From the NCBI GenBank assembly GCA_001179505.1, contig CDMY01000624.1, forward strand, positions 186,001-250,000: 64,000 nucleotides of DNA, written 5' to 3'. Of this stretch, positions 50,866 to 63,914 are shown piece by piece; position 1 is the stretch's first letter; every line of letters begins with the position of its first letter. The position numbers were made by a program, and so were the translations under genes. The stretch is from Vitrella brassicaformis CCMP3155. Its lineage: Eukaryota; Protista; Chromerida. The notes beneath the pieces are model-generated. The model worked only from the letters and a program-made list of their open reading frames with translations, was not told where the DNA came from and ran no database searches.

Positions 50866-53800
50866 ATGGTGGAGGCACGAAAGAAGGTACGCATGGTGCA
50901 TTTCCTGGCGCATTTGGTCCTTTTTGAAAGGAGATGCCTGTGTGGTGGTGTGTCGGGAGGGCGTGTTGGGGTGTGATGTGATGCTGCGGTGGCAGGAATG
51001 CATGGCATCCGTCGTTTCGTCCGTGAATGCGTCCATTTGCAATGGTTTCTTGTCCTATCTTGTGTGCAGAATGTGAAGCGCGGCGGCGGTGCTCGTAAGG
51101 AGAAGGTTGCTGACAATGTGCGTGAGGGTGCGGCGGCCGCTGTGGTGAGCCATGCACGGCATCCAACAACTGCATCCAAAGTTTCACGATGCTCACATTC
51201 CTTTCTCCTTTCCATCTCGTTTTTCAGGCCGCTGCTGGTGGAGAGGACTGCAAGAGGGTACTGATCCGTCTGGCGTCCGTGTGCATCATGCATGTCTCTG
51301 TGTGTGGTGTTGTTGTGTGTATGTGGTGCACGTCAGGCTGGCAAGCGTCGCATTCGTGAGGAGGTGGACCTGGACACGATGGATGACCATGAGGGGGCTG
51401 TGCATCAGAATGGGCAGGTACACAGGGGAGGGGGAGAGAGGGAGGGAGAGAGGCATGCTCTGCATTCTCACCACCTACACACACATACACACATTCCCTT
51501 TGTGTGTGTGCGGTGCTCTTGCAGGGGGGCGGTATCCAAATGTCACCTCGCAGTACGCTTCCCCTCCCCCTTTCCCCCACACACGCGCGCGTCACACACC
51601 AGACATGATGCGTGTTGTTCCCCCCTCTCTCTCTCTGTGTGTGTGTGTGGCTAGGTCTAGCCCGGCATCGCACGGCTACGGATTTGGTGCGTTTCGTGAC
51701 TGGTTGCAAGCACAACACCCTGACCAAGAAGCAGGAGGCCATGGTCGCGGGCGACAAGGCGGACAAACGCTCCAGACAGTACGCAAGACCACCACACACA
51801 TGCAGACGCAGACAGGGAGGGATGGAGCTGTATGTGTGTGTGTGTGTGGTGCAGTTCGGTCTATGGTTTGATTCTGCCTGCTGGTGAGGTGACTGCGGGT
51901 GTGGACAGCGTGGCCAACGAGATCAAGACCTGGCCCGTCTTCAGGGAGAGGTTCCTCGTCACGGAGGTACTACTGATGTCACACACATATAGACGCACAC
52001 ACACACACAAATGCATGCGCTGTTTCGTCGTGGCTGTGTGTGCAGAAGGAGTATGTGGTGAGCAAGAACTACCTCAACGGACAGGAATTCGGCGCCAAGG
52101 AGCGATGTACGCGGACACAATCAGTTTTTCTGCCCCTGTCTGTCCACCACGGACGCATTTGTCTGGTTGGTGTTGCATATGGGCTGCATGGTATGGTGTG
52201 CAGGCGAGATGGTGCAGTACATAGTAGCGGTGGCGGCCAAGCACAACTGCATGGATCGCACCACTCTCAGAGCCATCGAGTCAGCCACCAACCCCCCACC
52301 GCTCCCCGCCACACACATACACATACATAGATACCTGCACACACGAACCTCTCTTTGTCTCTACGTGTGTGCGTAGGATGTTTGACCTGTTTCTGGCGAG
52401 CAAGAAGGACCTCGACGTAGACCAACTCACACACGTAAGTCTCTAGGACCCCCCGAGCACATGTGTGATGTGATGTCTCTGTTTGTTGTCTGGTCTGTGT
52501 GACGGGGGGGTGGTTGGCTGGATGGTTCATGCAGTACGCGGGCGCGTGCCTGTACGCGGCCGCCAAGATCACCGAGACCGACCCATTCATGATCACCATC
52601 TACGACGAATTCCGAACCGTCAGAGAGAAACAGAATGGTCAGTCAGCTCACCCCCATAACATCGCATCAGACACAGAGAGAGACATGTGTGCCTTTGGTT
52701 GGGGGATATATATGTGTGTGTGTGTGTGTGCGTGTGTGCAGAGGTGTTGGACGAGCTCAAGTTCGATGCTTCCAGCCCCTGCAAACTGGTCACCACACCC
52801 ATCACATCACCCGCCACACACATGTCTCCACATGAATGGAGGGGAATGAATCGATGGGTCACCGGTGCAGTCGTTTCTGGAGCGTTTGTTCAAGTGCGCC
52901 GAGATGAACATCGACTCGAACATGTTCTGCTTCGCCACATACTGCATCGTACGCACACACACACACACAGACACACCCTGTTGTGGCTCTGTGGGTGGGT
53001 GTTGTGTGTGAGCAGTTCCTGAGTGCGTGTGATTTGGAGTTCGTCAACACACCGGCCTCTCAAGTAGCCAGTGCAGGTACACGCACACCCCCTTCCCCCC
53101 AGACGCACACCCATGGTTGAAATCATGTGTGTCGATCTGTGTGTGTGTGTGTGTGTGTGTGTCATGGCCTGCAGCGTTGTACCTGACTCGCAAGACCTTC
53201 AAGAACGAACTTGACGGGGCCATCTGGGTGGGTGGGCGAACGAACACGCCACTGCAAATGTATGTGTGTATGTGTGTTTGCGGGGGCGCGCGTGGATATG
53301 CAGCCGTCTCAGCTGGTCCGCGAGTCGTCCCACAGTGCGGGGAAGTTGAAGAAGACCGTCGACGAGATGGAGAAACTACTCGACCACAAGAAGCAGGACA
53401 TCGGCACGGTGAGTGAGCAGCCGAATCCCATCCAACCATCCATCCCATCGATGCTTTGTGGGAGTTGCTGTGTAGGTGTCGACGGACAAGGTTGACGCCA
53501 AATTCTGCGGCCACAAGTACCACCGAGTCGCCTCAAACCACACAGACGAAGTAACACACACACACACACACGCACACACAGAGAGGGAGAGAGGGCGCCA
53601 CTTGTCAATGTCAGCCACACACGCACACACAGAGAGGGAGAGAGGGCGCCACTTGTCAATGTCAGCCGTATGGTCCCAACTACAACTGGACGCCGTATCT
53701 GGCCATGATGGGCGCCAACAGCAACAACAAGGAGTCGCGGGAGATGGCCGCACAAGAGATAGCCAAAAGAGCCAAACTGGCACAGAGGCGACAGGTAGGG

Positions 53801-54045
53801 ATCCCTTCACACACACACACATGCCACAGGTAGATGCACACACAAGGCCCCTGCGTGGGCGGATGGACTGATGCGTGTGCATGTGTGTGTAGGCGCGTCA
53901 GGCACGTCAGGCACGTCAGGCAGGTCAGGTGCCTCAGATGGTTGGCGGTGTGCGGATCAAGCTGGAGGAGGAGGAAGGTGACGATGATGACGACGAGGTA
54001 GATGACGGTGCGGACGACGACGACAACTTGGACGACCTCTACTGA
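50866..54045 (+). CDS. Divergent A/B-like cyclin (two cyclin folds) with acidic C-tail
   Basis: caccATGG start with phase-consistent exons. Cyclin box KERCEMVQYIVAVAAKHNCMDRTTLRAIEMFDLFL..YAGACLYAAAKITETDP; then EVLDELKFDASSP, SFLERLFK, FCFATYCIQFL..EFVNTPASQVASAALYL, KYHRVA; ends DDDDNLDDLY*. Confidence 0.8.
53572..53667 (+). repeat. Two-copy ~48-bp direct repeat in a cyclin intron, duplicating the splice-acceptor region
   Basis: CACACACAGAGAGGGAGAGAGGGCGCCACTTGTCAATGTCAGCC occurs twice in tandem. Confidence 0.85.
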
Positions 54046-55055
54046 CCGACCGCAATACACATACATACACACACATACTGCACGGTAGGCACAACCGACA
54101 CACACACACACAAAGACACACACACGCCCAGACGCCTACGTGTCTCCTTTTTCCTCTCTCTCAGTGTGTGTGTGTCTGTGTGCGTGGCTCTTTCAGTTGC
54201 AAGAATGTGCTGCATACACACGGCTGGCAGGTGTATAGTGGAGGGGAGAGAGGGAGGGACAGAGGGAGGGAGGCAGGGAGCGGGGCAGGGGTCGGTCGAT
54301 GGATGACTGCGTGTCTGTGTGCGTGTGTGTGTCTGTGTACATACGCAACCGAGAAGGCAGGCAGCTATACCACCCACCACCCACACACACATATACACAT
54401 CAAAAAGAATTGATGGCCGGCCTGGCCGTTTGTCGCCATCTCGCCGCCCGCACCAAGTAGTCTCCCAGGTATTTCGCCACAAGGGGGCAACGCCATGCAG
54501 CGCACGAATCCACACACCCACACACACCCACACACGTGCCCTTTGCCCCAGACAGACAGACAGCCAGACAGGCCGGCAGAACTATCTTCTATCTCTGCTC
54601 TGCTCTGCGTGAAGGTGAGAGTGGCTGTGAGTGTGAGTGTCCGTCCGATTGGCTGCGTGCGCATGACTTCTTGGTTGGGTGCCCTGCGCGTCTTTGTCAG
54701 TCGGAGAGATGTCTGTGCTTAGTTGCATTCCTGCCGGCCTGCCTGTGTGTGTGTGCGTGTTGGTGGATGGATGAGTGGATGGATGGATGGATGTGCGGAC
54801 AACACCCGTTGATGGACTGACCAACACATTGACATTGAAGGTGAGGAGGTTTAGAAACACAAACAAGGTGGGATGGGAGAGAGAGAGGGAGATGGATAAA
54901 ACCCAACACGCGCACACACACACAGACGTCCGTCATGCACTCACTGATTGCATCATCATTATTATTGCTACAGACGGAAAAAGAGGCTGCCTGATAAGTA
55001 GCAGCGGCAGCGGTGGCAGACACACTACATGGCACAACACACACACACACAAACT

Positions 55056-57940
55056 CTAGCATCCTCTGTCGACCAAGCAATCTACCCCCCCCCCACCACC
55101 ACACACACACACAGGGATACGAAGCGCCTGACCTCCCCAATCCATCAGACACACGGTCATCCCAAAGTAGCCACAGCGCGCTTTGGGGTGGCCGTGTGCG
55201 AGAGGGTGGAGAAAGTCGGGCGCATCGATGCACTCACATGCATAGGCCACACACATTGTCTGTCATTCTATGTCGAGCTTGCACGGCACTGTGGCAAAGT
55301 CGGGAGGCAGCGGTGTCTCACGCACATACGCATACTCGCCAACACCAGAACCATGGACGTCACGCTCAACATGGCCTGCAGGGGGCGCCGTGAGCCGATA
55401 GTACCTGACACCCACACCCACATCCATTCAGCCCGGTGAGCAGACCACACCACGCCCATTTACCGGCAGTCTCTGTCCCCTTCGACGTCGTAAGGAGGGC
55501 TGAGGACGTCGAACATGGCGCACACGGTGGCCGCCCGCAGCTCGTGCAGGTTGCCTTGGCGCGGATACAGCACCATTGGACGGCCTGCACACACGCATGT
55601 GTGTGTGCGCCACACGGACAGTTGGGTGCCTGGGTGCGTGTCCTGTGTACCTCCAGCTTTTCTCTCCTCTGTCTTTTCCTTGGTGACCCGCATGATGTGT
55701 GGAGCGTCGGAGAGACGACACGCCTCGTTCGGACTCTGATCCACCCATCCGTCACAAAGCAACGCGTGGGCACATGAGCGGCCGTGTGTATATATGTGTA
55801 TGTGGATAGCGTGCCTGTGGTGTGCGCAGGTGGCCGAAGTGCTTCATGCCCTGTGGGTCGTCGTGTTGGTCTCGCCGATCGTGTGGCGCCCAGGAAAATG
55901 ATGATGCCTCCAGGCTCCCGCCTGCACACACACACACACACACGCACACACGCTTTCTCTCTCTCTTCTCTCATTCCTTTCTTCTCCTGTCTTCAAGATC
56001 GTACCAATGACTTGAGACAGCACCACCATACCTATCCCACACACACCGACATCCACAGACACGCATGGGTTTGGGTCCCCGCCTCTGTGTGTGTGCTTGT
56101 TATGGTTGGTACCTGGGTGATCGTGGAGGGGCAGCGACTGACCCGCGGGCAACACGAACAGCGCCACGTCTGCATACCGAACGAACTACTATGTTTCCCG
56201 GATCGACGTGTATGCGTGTGTGTGTTCAAGGTGTGTATGTCCTCTTGTGTACCGAAGTGGGGGCTCTGCAGCCAATGCACACACACACACGCGTGGGTGT
56301 GCTGGACACACCTGCATGGCTGACACGTTTGTGTGACTTACCGAGTAGATCATTTGGAACCTGACCATCTTCTTGGCCCACCCCTCGTAGCCCATGAACG
56401 ACGCAGCAGGCAACACAACACCTGCACTCACAAACACGACACATATGGACGCATAGATTGCATACATCAGACGCCTTGTGTGTATGAGTGTGTGTGTCCC
56501 TCCTGTCCGTCGTGGCCCCACTTTCTTCTTTGGCGGCATCTGCAGCAGCAGCGGCTGGCTGTGCGGGTGTCTCCTGCTGCTGCTGCTGCCGCTGGGATAT
56601 GTTGAACAAAGACGACAGCCACGACCGAGGCGCCGGAGAACGGCCTGCAATACGTGTGCAGAGAGAGATACACAGGCGTACGTACGGAGGGCATCAATCA
56701 ATCATTACGTTCTTGCTGCTGATCTTTCTGCTGCACGGTCCGCAGGCCGACATCTTGCGGCCGCAGCTGCTGCATCAAATCACTGATCCACACACAAACA
56801 CAAATAGAGAGAGGGAGGGAACAGTTGCAAGGCAGCGACTCAGCTGCTGTACGCGGACATACCTGAGCCTCTGCAGGTCATCGAGTGTCGGCCGCGTGCC
56901 GCCGTGGAACACCTGACGGGCCACACACATACATTCAGGTGTACAACGTGGCTCTCTCTCTCTCTCTCGCCTCTGTTTGGTTGGAATCTGTGTGCATCTG
57001 TGCTTACCTGTGCGGCCTCCTCGACAACTTGCCGGAGCAGCGTGCCGTCACGCAGCGGCACTCCCAGCTCTCCACAACTCTCTAAAGACACTGTAACGAG
57101 CCCACACACACACACACATATAGACACACACGTGTGTATCCACAACGCCTGCGGGTCTGGATCATCTGACCGCTGCGTTGTTCCCCATCGTCTTGGCCGG
57201 CAGCAGCAGCAGCAGCAGTGGCCACGTTCCTGCACTGCAAGTACGACGCCCCATGCGCCCCATTGTACTGGTCGGGGTCGATGTGCTTGGCGGCAGTGGT
57301 GGCGCGCCGTTTGGCCGACGGCAGAGCGAACAGATTCCGCCGGCCATCAGACCTATCGTCACCACTGCACAGATCCATCCATCCATCCATCCATCCATCC
57401 ATTGAGCCACACAGACGTACTATCTTGTTTGTTTGGTCGCTCACGTGTCGTCGCCATGTGGCCTGATGCCCTTGACACACACGTTAGGTGGGCACGACGG
57501 CAGATCCAGGGGGTCGCCTGCCCGTGGGGCCGTCACGTTAATGGGCGGCAAAGGCGAGGCCAGCAGCAACGGCATGTGCTGGGGGGCTGACACACACATA
57601 CACACACACAGATCAGACATGCCATGCGCAGCTCTCTCTCCATCAATCCATCAAGGTGTGTTTACCAACCAGGAAGGCCTTCTCCGTCCCCTTCGTGGCT
57701 GGCGTCGTTGTCCATCATCCTGCTGAGCCGACGTCGCTTGATGCCGGCAATGGTGTGTACCGCCGCAGCGGCTCTCAGACAATTGCTGCTGGTGCCGCTG
57801 GTTGCGTGGATGGCGAAAGGCAGGCACACCGCACACGCAGGCCGCAGCAGCACCACACACATCTACCTCTGACCCTCCGTTCGTCCGCGAACTCGTCACG
57901 GGCTGCCCCGCGGAAATGGGAAGCAGGATTATTGGCAAAC
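55056..57940 (-). CDS. ADO: Cupin-fold thiol dioxygenase (plant cysteine oxidase / ADO family); both termini uncertain
   Basis: MALFVLPAGQSLPLHDHPG, MVVLSQVI, MVLYPRQGNLHELRAATVCAMFDVLSPPYDVEGDRDCR|YY: the HxH...H metal triad and DxLxPPY..RxCxYY signature of PCO/ADO. Confidence 0.88.
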
Positions 57941-58184
57941 CGAAGTGGATCTTTCGCGGCGAGATCGGCTCAAAGACGGCATCACAGACGTCAGATCTAT
58001 GGACAGATCAGTCACAAGGCGCCATGCTCACGCCGCCAGAAAAGAAGCTCGCCATTTTTCGAGTAGATCGCACACGTGTGACGAATTGAGCCTTTCCGTT
58101 GCTTCTTTCCCTCTTGCGGACCGTCGAGCAGAGCTGAACCGAGATCGGCATCGCATCTTGCCTGACTAGTAGAGATCAGCATCC

Positions 58185-58705
58185 ATGTTGCGCGGTCCGG
58201 GCTTCCCGGTGCAGCTGCTGGTGGTGATTGGTGCTGCGGTGCATCATGCTCAAGGGTTGTATTCCAGCAGCTCGCCAGTCAAGACGCTGACGGCAGCCAA
58301 CTTTCAGCAGGAAGTCACCAAGAGGTCAGTCACACAACACACGCACCCAGACACACACGCATACAGTACACGTCAGGTGTGGTGTTTCTTCGTGCTGTTC
58401 GGTTTGGTCTGGTTGGTGCGGTCAGCGATGACTTGTGGCTGATAGAGTTCTTCGCGTCATGGTGTGGACACTGCAAGCAGTTCGCCCCCGAGTACGAGAA
58501 GGCCGCCAAGGCGCTCAAGGGCATCGTCAAAGTGAGCGACCGACAGACAGACACAGACACAGACACACAGGGCTCAGTCGGCCTCCTTCCGTCTCATGTG
58601 CACGTGTGTGTGGGTGGGAATGTGTGCAGGTGGGTGCGGTGGAGGACCAGTCTGTGATGGGCCAGTTCGGCGTGCAGGTATTTATGTGTGCATCGACACG
58701 CTGTC

Positions 58706-58740
<35 letters not shown>

Positions 58741-60949
58741 TGGCGCCCTCCCTCCTCCTCAGAGGCAGACAGACTGACTCTCATGTGTTTGTTACATGTG
58801 TGTGTGGGTGCAGGGCTTCCCCACGGTCAAGTTCTTCGGCGAGAACAAGAACGCCCCCAAAGACTACAACGGGCAGAGGACCGCTGCCGGTACACAGATA
58901 TCTCCACTCCCCTACACACATCCACAGACACACACGAGACGTCTCGATGTGTGTCGGTCGGTTGTGTATGCTGCGAGTGTAGGTCTGATTGACTACGCCA
59001 CCCAGCAGCTCAATGCCATCGCCAAGGCACGACTGAGCGGAAAGGTAGACAGTTCACAGACAGACAGACAGACAGACAGACAGCCGGACAACTACACAGG
59101 CACACAGACCAGGACGACGTCCGTGTGCTGTGCGTGTGTGCATATAGGGCGGCAAAGGTGGTGGGAAGGGGTCGGCAGGAGGCAAGAGCGAAGTCGTCGA
59201 ACTCACAGACAGGTGGGTGAGGGCCTCAACGAAACGGACGGCAGAAAAGGAGCGCCTGTTTCTGTCGATCGACATGCTTTCGCGCATTTTCCGTCTGTCT
59301 GTCTGTCTGTATGTCATTGTATACGGCAGCAACTTTGACAAGACCGTTATGGCTGACGACAAGAACACCTGGTTTCTGGAATTCTACGCACCATGGTCAC
59401 ACACATACCATACTCACACACATCACATACACGTCACGTCGACACAGACACACTTGGTGTGTGGTCGTGTGTGTGTCAGGTGTGGTCACTGCAAGGCGCT
59501 GGCGCCGGCGTGGGAGGAGACGGCGTACAACCTGAAGGGCAAGGTCAAGGTGGCCAAGGTCGACGCCACGCAGGAGAGGGCACTCGCATCACGATTCGGA
59601 ATACAAGGTGGGAAGCGCATGTAGAGGTCACCCATCGCACATCCATGTGTGTGCCTCTTCGTGTTTCTGTGTACGGCTTACAGGCTTCCCGACCTTGAAG
59701 CTCTTTCCCTCGGGCAAGAAGATGGAATCGCTCGTCCAAGACTACGAAGTAATACACACACACACACACACACACAGTGCAGGACAAGGTGCAGACGCAA
59801 TTCTCTCTGTGTTTTGTGTGTGTGTCAGGGCCCCCGAACGGCCGAGTCGATGACAGAGTATGCGCTCAAATTCTTCGTCGCAAATGCCAAGGTGATCCGG
59901 TCCACTCACGCACGGGTGGCTCGTATCTGTCTCTGTGAGTGCAGGCGGAACAGCTGACGACCGACGAGCAGTTCAAAGTGAGCTGGCTTTGCTGATCGAC
60001 CAAGTCACATGTGCATCCTCACATGTGATGCGTGTTAGGATGAGTGCAAGAAGGGCCTGTGTATCCTCGCATTCCTCCCACACATACTCGACAGCAAGGT
60101 AGGCACTGACTGGTGGCCACACTTCTTCCTACATGCACACGCCTACAAGAATACGGTGGGTTCATTGTGTTGTGTGGTGTGTGTATGTTGTGTGTGTTTA
60201 GGCGTCAGGCCGCAACCAGTACTTGGACGACCTGAATGCTGTGGTCAAGTCGTCCACAACCATGCCCGTCAAGTTCTTCTGGTCGCAAGGTACCCACACC
60301 CGACTACCGACAGACAGACCGCATTCTTGAGTGTGCGTGTGTGCGTCATCTCATCTCGACATGAGTGTGTGTATGTGTGCAGGTGGCGACCAGTTTGAGT
60401 TTGAGGAGCAGCTGCGGCTGGCATTCGGATACCCCGCTGTCATCGCCGTCAACTTTGACAAAGTCAGCGAGAAATGAAGTCCCGACACACACGGATGTCT
60501 GATTGATGCTCCGTATGTGTGCGCAGGAGAAGTATGCGGTTCACAGGGGCGGCTTCAACACGGAGGCGCTCAGGCAGTTCCTCACAGGACTCATGGTGCG
60601 TCAGGGGAGGGGAGAGAGGGGGTGAGGTTCTCCACCGTTGCTCATGTGTACTGCCGTGTGTGTGTGTGTGATGGTCATCAGTCCGGCCGTCAGCCCGTTG
60701 ACCCGCTGCCGAAGCCGCTCAAGACACTAGACAAGGTCAGCCAGCCTGGCAGCCAGTCCGCCAATTGATGAGTCGACGTGTGCGTGTGTGTGGTGTGCAG
60801 GTGAAGCCATGGGACGGCAAGGACGCCCCCCCGCCCGATGAGGAAGACATCACCTCTGAAAAAGGTACGGTCGCACTCACACGCAGGCGCACACACAAAC
60901 ACACATCTCACATGCACGTGTATGTGTTGGTTTCTCAGATGAACTCTAG
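58185..60949 (+). CDS. PDIA6: Protein disulfide isomerase A6 (P5), ER luminal
   Basis: Signal peptide, two WCGHC thioredoxin sites ([10 protein letters not shown]; FYAPW|CGHCK), [17 protein letters not shown]5-type b domain ([16 protein letters not shown]), C-terminal K|DEL* formed across the last intron. Confidence 0.97.
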
Positions 60950-61432
60950 ACAGACAGACATACAGACCGGGGCAAGCGCATGTGTGCGGTGCGGTGTGAA
61001 TAGACGGACGACGCGAGCCAGCGGTGCTTCGGTAGGGAGACAGGCGGACAGACAGATGTGAGGAGATGTGAATACAGCCGACGGACGAAGAAGAAAAAAG
61101 AAGATAGCGCGTGTAGCTAGCTAGCTCGCTCGGTCGGCGAAGCACGAGACGGACCTGCGTAGTAGTGCGTGAGTGTGTGTGAGAGGCTTTATGTGTGTCT
61201 CTGTTTGCCTATCAAGCCAATTAAGGGGATCTGCCTGTCTGTGGGCGGGACTCATTCATGCGTGCGTGCGTGTGGTGCTCAGTGCATCTTACACTCTGCC
61301 TAAAATTAATGCGAGTGTTACTGGCCTCCTCTGCCGCTCCGCCGTGGTGGGCGTATGTGAGGTGATGTTCGCAACTGCTCTCACCGCTGAAGTGTCTTCT
61401 CCATTTTTTATATATATATGCCCATCAGTAAT

Positions 61433-61710
61433 TCATCCAAAGTCACCGCGGCTCACTGCGGCTGGATGCTTGGCACCCGACGAGTCCTGTGAGCCCACCT
61501 AAGGGCTCCTTCGCATTCCTGACCTTACCGATCGATGCGAGCCGGAGATAGGGCGAGAGCCCTCTGGGCGACTGGCTAGTCGTTTACTCTAGGGCGGCAG
61601 GGCCGTGCACACTCGACAAGATGGATACGCCGCTGATGGACATCGCGCCACGTGGCGGCTTCTCGTCCAACGGTGAGTGGGAAGATGCCGCGATTGGCTT
61701 ACTCACAAGC
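61433..61710 (+). promoter_or_regulatory. Conserved upstream element of ankyrin copy 3
   Basis: GACGAGTCCTGTGAGCCCACCTAAGGGCTCCTT at 61479-61511 is the reverse complement of the core seen at copies 1 and 2, in the same orientation relative to the gene. Confidence 0.65.
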
Positions 61711-61934
61711 GCACCCTGATAAGTTGTTTGCTGTCTGTGCGTGTCGGCGGTCTTCAGGTCTGCCTTGTCAACAGGCGGACTGATTGCTTGACTGAGCGTC
61801 TGTGCGTACGGCTGGCCGTCTACTTGTACGTTTCATAGGCAAGCACTGATTGATGCGCACATGAACGCACACACCAAGTGGCCGCCCATCTCTGTGTATG
61901 GTCTATGGTGCAGCTCTCTGTCTGAGTGAGAGCG

Positions 61935-63914
61935 ATGTTGTCTGGTCGTCCCGACACCGACATGGCCTCCCCTGCTATGGCGGACGGTGGCGATGGCGAT
62001 GAAGGTACACTCCACTCAGACAGATGCAGCACATCACACACACAGCATCATCGCCAAGCGTCGTGTGTGTGCATGTGTGTGTTCTGTGTTCCTTTGCAGA
62101 TCATGTAGCCGTGGAGGAACGGCGTGACGGCAGCGCACAGCCAGACGGACCAGATCGCAATGGTGGCGATAGTGGTGGGTAACAAAATAATGCAACACAC
62201 ACGAGCCCCCGCCGTCGGTCGCTATCCTCTTTGTGTGCATGGGTGCAGGTAGAGGTGTTGGCAGTGTTGGTGGGCATCAGCGCAGCGGAGAGAACCGGAG
62301 CCGACATAACGGAAGTAGGTAAACACCCACAGACACACAAATCAGAATCGCCCCTCATTCATCATTGCTAATCTGTCTGTCCGCCTTGCGATCCACAGAT
62401 CCGCCGTTACCCCTTGGCTGGAAGAGCTTGGAGAACGGGGTGATCGACGTCGACTTCCCTCGTGGCACCAGTGACGCCAGCAGACGCTTGTCCGAGGCCG
62501 TCATTCGCCGCACAATCACTGACGAACAGCAGATGACGCAGCTGATTCAGCAGAATGGAGCCGACCTCAATGTGGAGCCACGGCTGTGGGTGGCGGGCAC
62601 CAGGTTCGGCTATGTAGCTTATCCGCTGCTGTCGCTGTGCATCTTTAACCTCACTGACAACAGCGTGCCGTCCATCTGGGCAGCCGACGTTGGCGGTGCT
62701 GGCACTCCCGTTGCCATGCCGAAGTGGCAGACCCGCGGCCTCCAACTCGCCATCATGCGGGCTCTCATCGAAGGCGGTGCCGACATCAATGGTGGGGGTC
62801 CACGCAGACCCATCCGAGTGGCCATCGCCTCGTGTAACCGGGAGGCATTTGGGCTCCTGATGAGTCAGCCAGGTACACACGCATTCACGGCACTCACGAC
62901 ACGGAACACACACCATGATGTCTGTCTGTCTGTCTGCCTGTTCCAGGCATCCAGCTGCCGGGGCTCTGCGTGATGGAGCTGCCGATCCCGTTGCCGACGG
63001 ATCAGCCGACTGAGGAGAGCGAGGCCATCCTGCTGTCCTTCTACCAGCTGCTCATCCAGCGGGACAGCAGCCTCGCGACCGAGCGGCGCCCGAATTGCAT
63101 GAATCCGCTGCATGCGGCCATGACGCCTCCCGTCTGCTCCCAGCAGTTCATCGACAGCTACATCGACATGCTGGTGGCCGACGGGGCGGACATCAGGGCC
63201 GTGCACAACAATGGGTGGACGCCATTACACGTCGCGGCCTGTCAGGGTTCCCACTGTGTCGCTGCGTCTCTGTGCCGGCGTCTCACCGCTGCCGACATCA
63301 ACAGAGGGAGGCCGACTGACCTGCACCCCCTCACACCCCTCACCGTCGCTGCCGTGCGGCTCGATTTAGTCGCCCAGCAGCTGCAGAACGACAACACGGG
63401 GCGGGCCGTGAGGGACCGGGCCAGCATCCGGATCCCCAACCTCAAGACCACCATGCGTGTGCTCCTCCAGGCGGGCGCTGACATCGCTCTCATGCCCACA
63501 GCCACAGAGCATGACCGCCGCCGTCGCCAGCTTGTGCTGCCCGAGTATGCGACAGTGCTCAACAATCTGCCGGATGACGTCATGGCTGCCGTCAACGCCG
63601 CCCTCGCCCCTCAGCGGTCACTCGCGGCCTTGCTCGGCCCCCGGCTGGCCGTCGGCCCGCAGGAGGCCCCCATCTTCGCCTGGCGCCTCGCATCGTACCT
63701 CTTCGACATGGCGGCCGCCACCCAGACCATCACTGAGGCCATCGGCTTGCGGCACTCCGCCATGGCCCGGCGTGTGCGTGCGGCTGTCGAGCACTTCGTT
63801 TGGTCGGGAGTGTACGAGGCCAGCAGCAACAGGGAGGTGGTGGGCGGAATGGCCGATGTGGGCGGCGAGATGGTGCGGATGCCGCTGCAGTGCTTCGCCA
63901 TCAATGCGGGATAG
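61935..63914 (+). CDS. Ankyrin-repeat family protein, copy 3 (inverted paralog of copy 1); frame stays open past the TAG to the window end
   Basis: MLSGRPDTDMASPAMADGGDGDE first exon; PLPLGWKSLENG..ALIEGGADIN; NPLHAA..VADGADIRA..GWTPLHVAA..LTPLTVAA..LLQAGAD; ends CFAINAG*. Confidence 0.87.
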
